DNA of 64,000 nucleotides, taken from the NCBI RefSeq assembly GCF_009914755.1, contig NC_060932.1. One strand, 5' to 3'. Shown here piece after piece: positions 55,277-64,000 of the stretch. The stretch's first letter is position 1, and every line of letters starts with the position of its first letter. The stretch is from the human T2T-CHM13v2.0 reference genome, Homo sapiens. The translations under genes and the position numbers were made by a program. The notes under the pieces are model-generated. The model did not search any database and was not told the DNA's origin. It worked only from the letters and a program-made list of their open reading frames with translations.

Positions 55277-58200
55277 TAATCTCAGAAACATGTTTATGCT
55301 GTATCTACTCAACTAACTGTGCTGAACATTTCTATTGATAGAGCAGTTTTGAGACACTCTTCTTTTGGAATCTGCAAGTGGATATTTGGATAGATTTGAG
55401 GATTTCGTTGGAAACGGGATTATATATAAAAAGTAGACAGCAGCATTCTCAGAAACTTCTTTGTGATGTTTGCATCCAGCTCTCAGAGTTGAACATTCCC
55501 TTTCATAGAGTAGGTTTGAAACCCTCTTTTTATAGTGTCTGGAAGCGGGCATTTGGAGCGCTTTCAGGCCTATGCTTAAAATAGGAAATATCTACCTACA
55601 GAAACTAGACAGAAGCATTCTGAGAATCACGTTTGTGATGTGGGTACTCAACTAACAGTGTTGATCCATTCTTTTGATACAGCAGTTTTGAACCACACTT
55701 TTTGTAGAATCTGCAAGTGGATATTTGGATAGCTGTGAGGATTTCGTTGGAAACGGGAATGTCTTCATAGAAAATTTAGACAGAAGCATTCTCAGAACCT
55801 TGATTGTGATGTGTGTTCTCCACTAACAGAGTTGAACCTTTCTTTTGACAGAACTGTTCTGAAACATTCTTGTTATAGAATCTGGAAGTGGATATTTGGA
55901 AAGCTTTGAGGATTTCGTTGGAAACGGGAATATCTTCAAATAAAATCTAGCCAGAAGCATTCTAAGAAACATCTTAGGGATGTTTACATTCAAGTCACAG
56001 AGTTGAACATTCCCTTTCACAGAGCAGGTTTGAAACAATCTTCTCGTACTATCTGGCAGTGGACATTTTGAGCTCCTTGGGGCCTATGCTGAAAAAGGAA
56101 ATATCTTCCGACAAAAACTAGACAGAAGCATTCGCAGAATCACGTTTGTGATGTGTGCACTCAACTGTCAGAATTGAACCTTGGTTTGGACAGAGCACTT
56201 TTGAAACACTCTTTTTGTAGAATCTGCAGGTGGATATTTGGCTAGCTTTGAGGATTTCGTTGGAAACGGTAATGTCTTCAAAGAAAATCTAGACAGAAGC
56301 ATTCTCAGAAACACCTTCGTGATGTTTGCAATCAAGTCACAGAGTTGAACCTTCCGTTTCATAGAGCAGGTTGGAAACACTCTTTTTGTAGTATCTGGAA
56401 GTGGACATTTGGAGGGCTTTGTAGCCTATCTGGAAAAAGGAAATATCTTCCCATGAATGCGAGATAGAAGTAATCTCAGAAACATGTTTATGCTGTATCT
56501 ACTCAACTAACTGTGCTGAACATTTCTATTGATAGAGCAGTTTTGAGACACTCTTCTTTTGGAATCTGCAAGTGGATATTTGGATAGATTTGAGGATTTC
56601 GTTGGAAACGGGATTATATATAAAAAGTAGACAGCAGCATTCTCAGAAACTTCTTTGTGATGTTTGCATCCAGCTCTCAGAGTTGAACATTCCCTTTCAT
56701 AGAGTAGGTTTGAAACCCTCTTTTTATAGTGTCTGGAAGCGGGCATTTGGAGCGCTTTCAGGCCTATGCTTAAAATAGGAAATATCTACCTACAGAAACT
56801 AGACAGAAGCATTCTGAGAATCTCGTTTGTGATGTGGGTACTCAACTAACAGTGTTGATCCATTCTTTTGATACAGCAGTTTTGAACCACACTTTTTGTA
56901 GAATCTGCAAGAGGATATTTGGATAGCTGTGAGGATTTCGTTGGAAACGGGAATGTCTTCAAAGAAAATCTAGACAGAATCATTCTGAGGAACACCTTCG
57001 TGATGTTTGCAATCAAGTCACAGAGTTGAACCTTCCGTTTCATAGAGCAGGTTGGAAACACTCTTATTGTAGTATCTGGAAGTGGACATTTGGAGCGCTT
57101 TCAGGCCTATGGTGAAAAAGGAAATATCTTCCCATAAAAACGACATAGAAGCTGTCTCAGGAACTTGTTTATGATGCATCTAATCAACTAACAGTGTTGA
57201 ACCTTTGTACTGACAGAGCAGTTTGAAACACTCTTTTTTTGGAATCTGCAAGTGGATATTTGGATCGCTTTGAGGATTTCGTTGGAAACGGGATGCAATA
57301 TAAAACGTACACAGCAGCATACTCAGAAAATACTTTGCCATATTTCCATTCAAGTCACAGAGTGGAACATTCACATTCATAGAGCAGGTTTGAAACACTC
57401 TTTTTGGAGTATCTGGAAGTGGACATTTGGAGCGCTTTCTGAACTATGGTGAAAAAGGAAATATCTTCCAATGAAAACAAGACAGAAGCATTCTGAGAAA
57501 CTTATTTGTGATGTGTGTCCTCAACAAACGGACTTGAACTTTTCGTTTCATGCAGTACTTCTGGAACACTCTTTTTGAAGATTCTGCATGCGGATATTTG
57601 GATAGCTTTGAGGATTTCGTTGGAAACGGGCTTACATGTAAAAATTAGACAGCAGCATTCTCAGAAACTTCTTTGTGGTGTCTGCATTCAAGTCACAGAA
57701 TTGAACTTCCTCTCACATAGAGCAGTTGTGCAGCACTCTATTTGTAGTATCTGGAAGTGGACATTTGGAGGGCTTTGTAGCCTATCTGGAAAAAGGAAAT
57801 ATCTTCCCATGAATGCGAGATAGAAGTAATCTCAGAAACATGTTTATGCTGTATCTACTCAACTAACTGTGCTGAACATTTCTATTGATAGAGCAGTTTT
57901 GAGACACTCTTCTTTTGGAATCTGCAAGTGGATATTTGGATAGATTTGAGGATTTCGTTGGAAACGGGATTATATATAAAAAGTAGACAGCAGCATTCTC
58001 AGAAACATCTTTGTGATGTTTGCATCCAGCTCTCAGAGTTGAACATTCCCTTTCATAGAGTAGGTTTGAAACCCTCTTTTTATAGTGTCTGGAAGCGGGC
58101 ATTTGGAGCGCTTTCAGGCCTATGCTTAAAATAGGAAATATCTACCTACAGAAACTAGACAGAAGCATTCTGAGAATCACGTTTGTGATGTGGGTACTCA

Positions 58201-61200
58201 ACTAACAGTGTTGATCCATTCTTTTGATACAGCAGTTTTGAACCACACTTTTTGTAGAATCTGCAAGAGGATATTTGGATAGCTGTGAGGATTTCGTTGG
58301 AAACGGGAATGTCTTCAAAGAAAATCTAGACAGAAGCATTCTCAGAAACACCTTCGTGATGTTTGCAATCAAGTCACAGAGTTGAACCTTCCGTTTCATA
58401 GAGCAGGTTGGAAACACTCTTATTGTAGTATCTGGAAGTGGACATTTGGAGCGCTTTCAGGCCTATGGTGAAAAAGGAAATATCTTCCCATAAAAACGAC
58501 ATAGAAGCTATCTCAGGAACTTGTTTATGATGCATCTAATCAACTAACAGTGTTGAACCTTTGTACTGACAGAGCAGTTTGAAACACTCTTTTTTTGGAA
58601 TCTGCAAGTGGATATTTGGATCACTTTGAGGATTTCGTTGGAAACGGGATGCAATATAAAACGTACACAGCAGCATACTCAGAAAATACTTTGCCATGTT
58701 TCCATTCAAGTCACAGAGTGGAACATTCCCATTCATAGAGCAGGTTGGAAACACTCTTTTTGGAGTATCTGGAAGTGGACATTTGGAGCGCTTTCTGAAC
58801 TATGGTGAAAAAGGAAATATCTTCCAATGAAAACAAGACAGAAGCATTCTGAGAAACTTATTTGTGATGTGTGTCCTCAACAAACGGACTTGAACCTTTC
58901 GTTTCATGCAGTACTTCTGGAACACTCTTTTTGAAGATTCTGCATGCGGATATTTGGATAGCTTTGAGGATTTCGTTGGAAACGGCCTTACATGTAAAAA
59001 TTAGACAGCAGCATTCTCAGAAACTTCTTTGTGGTGTCTGCATTCAAGTCACAGAATTGAACTTCCCCTCACATAGAGCAGTTGTGCAGCACTCTATTTG
59101 TAGTATCTGGAAGTGGACATTTGGAGGGCTTTGTAGCCTATCTGGAAAAAGGAAATATCTTCCCATGAATGCGAGATAGAAGTAATCTCAGAAACGTGTT
59201 TATGCTGTATCTACTCAACTAACTGTGCTGAACATTTCTATTGATAGAGCAGTTTTGAGACACTCTTCTTTTGGAATCTGCAAGTGGATATTTGGATAGA
59301 TTTGAGGATTTCGTTGGAAACGGGATTATATATAAAAAGTAGACAGCAGCATTCTCAGAAACTTCTTTGTGATGTTTGCATCCAGCTCTCAGAGTTGAAC
59401 ATTCCCTTTCATAGAGTAGGTTTGAAACCCTCTTTTTATAGTGTCTGGAAGCGGGCATTTGGAGCGCTTTCAGGCCTATGCTTAAAATAGGAAATATCTA
59501 CCTACAGAAACTAGACAGAAGCATTCTGAGAATCACGTTTGTGATGTGGGTACTCAACTAACAGTGTTGATCCATTCTTTTGATACAGCAGTTTTGAACC
59601 ACACTTTTTGTAGAATCTGCAAGAGGATATTTGGATAGCTGTGAGGATTTCGTTGGAAACGGGAATGTCTTCAAAGAAAATCTAGACAGAAGCATTCTCA
59701 GAAACACCTTCGTGATGTTTGCAATCAAGTCACAGAGTTGAACCTTCCGTTTCATAGAGCAGGTTGGAAACACTCTTATTGTAGTATCTGGAAGTGGACA
59801 TTTGGAGCGCTTTCAGGCCTATGGTGAAAAAGGAAATATCTTCCCATAAAAACGACATAGAAGCTATCTCAGGAACTTGTTTATGATGCATCTAATCAAC
59901 TAACAGTGTTGAACCTTTGTACTGACAGAGCACTTTGAAACACTCTTTTTTTGGAATCTGCAAGTGGATATTTGGATCGCTTTGAGGATTTCGTTGGAAA
60001 CGGGATGCAATATAAAACGTACACAGCAGCATACTCAGAAAATACTTTGCCATATTTCCATTCAAGTCACAGAGTGGAACATTCCCATTCATAGAGCAGG
60101 TTGGAAACACTCTTTTTGGAGTATCTGGAAGTGGACATTTGGAGCGCTTTATGAACTATGGTGATAAAGGAAATATCTTCCAATGAAAACAAGACAGAAG
60201 CATTCTGAGAAACTTATTTGTGATGTGTGTCCTCAACAAACGGACTTGAACCTTTCGTTTCATGCAGTACTTCTGGAACACTCTTTTTGAAGATTCTGCA
60301 TGCGGATATTTGGATAGCTTTGAGGATTTCGTTGGAAACGGGCTTACATGTAAAAATTAGACAGCAGCATTCTCAGAAACTTCTTTGTGGTGTCTGCATT
60401 CAAGTCACAGAATTGAACTTCCCCTCACATAGAGCAGTTGTGCAGCACTCTATTTGTAGTATCTGGAAGTGGACATTTGGAGGGCTTTGTAGCCTATCTG
60501 GAAAAAGGAAATATCTTCCCATGAATGCGAGATAGAAGTAATCTCAGAAACATGTTTATGCTGTATCTACTCAACTAACTGTGCTGAACATTTCTATTGA
60601 TAGAGCAGTTTTGAGACCCTCTTCTTTTGGAATCTGCAAGTGGATATTTGGATAGATTTGAGGATTTCGTTGGAAACGGGATTATATATAAAAAGTAGAC
60701 AGCAGCATTCTCAGAAACTTCTTTGTGATGTTTGCATCCAGCTCTCAGAGTTGAACATTCCCTTTCATAGAGTAGGTTTGAAACCCTCTTTTTATAGTGT
60801 CTGGAAGCGGGCATTTGGAGCGCTTTCAGGCCTATGCTGAAAAAGGAGATATCTACCTATAGAAACTAGACAGAAGCATTCTGAGAATCACGTTTGTGAT
60901 GTGGGTACTCAACTAACAGTGTTGATCCATTCTTTTGATACAGCAGTTTTGAACCACACTTTTTGTAGAATCTGCAAGTGGATATTTGGATAGCTGTGAG
61001 GATTTCGTTGGAAACGGGAATGTCTTCATAGAAAATTTAGAGAGAAGCATTCTCAGAACCTTGATTGTGATGTGTGTTCTCCACTAACAGAGTTGAACCT
61101 TTCTTTTGACAGAACTGTTCTGAAACATTCTTTTTATAGAATCTGGAAGTGGATATTTGGAAAGCTTTGAGGATTTCGTTGGAAACGGGAATATCTTCAA

Positions 61201-64000
61201 ATAAAATCTAGCCAGAAGCATTCTAAGAAACATCTTAGGGATGTTTACATTCAAGTCACAGAGTTGAACATTCCCTTTCACAGAGCAGGTTTGAAACAAT
61301 CTTCTCGTACTATCTGGCAGTGGACATTTTGAGCTCTTTGGGGCCTATGCTGAAAAAGGAAATATCTTCCGACAAAAACTAGACAGAAGCATTCGCAGAA
61401 TCACGTTTGTGATGTGTGCACTCAACTGTCAGAATTGAACCTTGGTTTGGAGAGAGCACTTTTGAAACACTATTTTTGTAGAATCTGCAGGTGGATATTT
61501 GGCTAGCTTTGAGGATTTCGTTGGAAACGGTAATGTCTTCAAAGAAAATCTAGACAGAAGCATTCTCAGAAACACCTTCGTGATGTTTGCAATCAAGTCA
61601 CAGAGTTGAACCTTCCGTTTCATAGAGCAGGTTGGAAACACACTTTTTGTAGTATCTGGAAGTGGACATTTGGAGGGCTTTGTAGCCTATCTGGAAAAAG
61701 GAAATATCTTCCCATGAATGCGAGATAGAAGTAATCTCAGAAACATGTTTATGCTGTATCTACTCAACTAACTGTGCTGAACATTTCTATTGATAGAGCA
61801 GTTTTGAGACACTCTTCTTTTGGAATCTGCAAGTGGATATTTGGATAGATTTGAGGATTTCGTTGGAAACGGGATTATATATAAAAAGTAGACAGCAGCA
61901 TTCTCAGAAACTTCTTTGTGATGTTTGCATCTAGCTCCCAGAGTTGAACATTCCCTTTCATAGAGTAGTTTTGAAACCCTCTTTTTATAGTGTCTGGAAG
62001 CGGGCATTTGGAGCGCTTTCAGGCCTATGCTGAAAAAGGAAATATCTACCTATAGAAACTAGACAGAAGCATTCTGAGAATCACGTTTGTGATGTGGGTA
62101 CTCAACTAACAGTGTTGATCCATTCTTTTGATACAGCAGTTTTGAACCACACTTTTTGTAGAATCTGCAAGTGGATATTTGGATAGCTGTGAGGATTTCG
62201 TTGGAAACGGGAATGTCTTCATAGAAAATTTAGACAGAAGCATTCTCAGAACCTTGATTGTGATGTGTGTTCTCCACTAACAGAGTTGAACCTTTCTTTT
62301 GACAGAACTGTTCTGAAACATTCTTTTTATAGAATCTGGAAGTGGATATTTGGAAAGCTTTGAGGATTTCGTTGGAAACGGGAATATCTTCAAATCAAAT
62401 CTAGCCAGAAGCATTCTAAGAAACATCTTAGGGATGTTTACATTCAAGTCACAGAGTTGAACATTCCCTTTCACAGAGCAGGTTTGAAACAATCTTCTCG
62501 TACTATCTGGCAGTGGACATTTTGAGCTCCTTGGGGCCTATGCTGAAAAAGGAAATATCTTCCGACAAAAACTAGACAGAAGCATTCGCAGAATCACGTT
62601 TGTGATGTGTGCACTCAACTGTCAGAATTGAACCTTGGTTTGGAGAGAGCACTTTTGAAACACTCTTTTTGTAGAATCTGCAGGTGGATATTTGGCTAGC
62701 TTTGAGGATTTCGTTGGAAACGGTAATGTCTTCAAAGAAAATCTAGACAGAAGCATTCTCAGAAACACCTTCGTGATGTTTGCAATCAAGTCACAGAGTT
62801 GAACCTTCCGTTTCATAGAGCAGGTTGGAAACACTCTTTTTGTAGTATCTGGAAGTGGACATTTGGAGGGCTTTGTAGCCTATCTGGAAAAAGGAAATAT
62901 CTTCCCATGAATGCGAGATAGAAGTAATCTCAGAAACATGTTTATGCTGTATCTACTCAACTAACTGTGCTGAACATTTCTATTGATAGAGCAGTTTTGA
63001 GACACTCTTCTTTTGGAATCTGCAAGTGGATATTTGGATAGATTTGAGGATTTCGTTGGAAACGGGATTATATATAAAAAGTAGACAGCAGCATTCTCAG
63101 AAACTTCTTTGTGATGTTTGCATCCAGCTCTCAGAGTTGAACATTCCCTTTCATAGAGTAGGTTTGAAACCCTCTTTTTATAGTGTCTGGAAGCGGGCAT
63201 TTGGAGCGCTTTCAGGCCTATGCTTAAAATAGGAAATATCTACCTACAGAAACTAGACAGAAGCATTCTGAGAATCACGTTTGTGATGTGGGTACTCAAC
63301 TAACAGTGTTGATCCATTCTTTTGATACAGCAGTTTTGAACCACACTTTTTGTAGAATCTGCAAGAGGATATTTGGATAGCTGTGAGGATTTCGTTGGAA
63401 ACGGGAATGTCTTCAAAGAAAATCTAGACAGAAGCATTCTCAGAAACACCTTCGTGATGTTTGCAATCAAGTCACAGAGTTGAACCTTCCGTTTCATAGA
63501 GCAGGTTGGAAACACTCTTATTGTAGTATCTGGAAGTGGACATTTGGAGCGCTTTCAGGCCTATGGTGAAAAAGGAAATATCTTCCCATAAAAACGACAT
63601 AGAAGCTATCTCAGGAACTTGTTTATGATGCATCTAATCAACTAACAGTGTTGAACCTTTGTACTGACAGAGCACTTTGAAACACTCTTTTTTTGGAATC
63701 TGCAAGTGGATATTTGGATCGCTTTGAGGATTTCGTTGGAAACGGGATGCAATATAAAACGTACACAGCAGCATACTCAGAAAATACTTTGCCATATTTC
63801 CATTCAAGTCACAGAGTGGAACATTCCCATTCATAGAGCAGGTTGGAAACACTCTTTTTGGAGTATCTGGAAGTGGACATTTGGAGCGCTTTATGAACTA
63901 TGGTGAAAAAGGAAATATCTTCCAATGAAAACAAGACAGAAGCATTCTGAGAAACTTATTTGTGATGTGTGTCCTCAACAAACGGACTTGAACCTTTCGT
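53409..64000 (+). repeat. Block copy of ~27411-38002 (offset 25,998-25,999; 11 7 8 8 8 7 7 [8])
   Basis: Shared rare alleles: CTTGTTATAG in d (only in the 7-mers at 29279 and 55277), AATCTCGTTT, AATCATTCTGAGG, ATTCACATT, GATCACTT, AAACGTGTT and CATCTAGCTCCC. Confidence 0.88.

Larger units (their letters stand above)
1..64000 (+). repeat. Alpha-satellite centromeric HOR array, single orientation, uninterrupted
   Basis: Continuous ~171-bp monomers with alphoid hallmarks (CATTCTCAGAAACTTCTTTGTGATG, GAGTTGAAC, TTTGAAACACTCTTTTTGTAGAATCTGCAAGTGGATATTTGG, TTTCGTTGGAAACGGGA). The same ORF-track peptides recur on the same strand throughout. The summed lengths of the 46 complete HORs equal the span 569-62924 exactly, leaving no room for foreign inserts. 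Confidence 0.99.
1..64000 (+). repeat. Probable human chromosome 8 active array D8Z2 (dimeric suprachromosomal family 2 type), region of mixed 7/8/11-mers
   Basis: An 1868-bp 11-mer with 7- and 8-monomer variants and largely alternating CENP-B-box/pJ-alpha monomers matches what I recall for D8Z2 (4-, 7-, 8-, 11-mer variants). Other SF2 arrays (chr9, 13, 21) also have 11/7-mers, so an alignment is needed to confirm. Confidence 0.78.

Noticed and set aside
569-62924. The 7/8/11 order as an information-bearing code
   Set aside because: The order is explained by nested block duplications traced with shared rare variants; nothing indicates function.
11-63747. CRISPR-like regular recurrence of GAGGATTTCGTTGGAAACGG
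   Set aside because: The intervening sequences are homologous monomer bodies, not unique spacers, and there are no cas genes. This is the CENP-B box region.
266-63906. About 190 short ORFs (62-102 aa, e.g. MFPTCSMKRK..., MDIWIDLRIS..., MSSTNGLEPF...)
   Set aside because: They are chance open frames of alpha-satellite recurring once per HOR on both strands. Many start at GTG/TTG, are freely broken by variants, and show no recognisable domain. I used them only as positional markers.
1-64000. Possible L1/Alu insertion, inversion or foreign DNA hidden in the array
   Set aside because: Every unit measures 1193/1194, 1356/1357 or 1868/1869 bp and ORF strand patterns never flip, so there is no room for an insert and no sign of inversion.
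1-64000. Claim that this window is the kinetochore (CENP-A / hypomethylated) site
   Set aside because: This is defined epigenetically and cannot be read from sequence; it needs methylation or CENP-A mapping data.

Overview
The whole 64 kb window is one uninterrupted, head-to-tail primate alpha-satellite array (166-172 bp monomers) in a single orientation. It has CENP-B boxes and near-identical higher-order repeats (HORs), typical of a homogeneous centromeric array. I see no genes, transposon insertions or inversions, and all listed ORFs are repeat artefacts. There are 11 monomer types (labelled a-k here). They form three HOR forms: 11-mer (1868 bp, 6 copies), 8-mer (1356 bp, 21 complete copies; a b c/f g h i j k) and 7-mer (1193 bp, 19 complete copies; a b c d e f g/k). 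The order is [7] 11 8 7 11 7 8 8 7 8 8 8 7 7 8 8 8 7 7 8 7 11 7 8 8 8 7 7 8 8 8 7 7 8 7 11 8 7 11 7 11 7 8 8 8 7 7 [8]. This mix best fits human chromosome 8 D8Z2 (recalled knowledge, not searched). The notable structure lies above and below the HOR level: an 18,519-bp tandem duplication of 14 HORs, further block copies at offsets 45,361 and ~25,998 bp, chimeric units, a fixed dead CENP-B box that the 8-mer removes, and clustered or palindrome-perfecting mutations. I found no evidence for a new gene-based biological system.
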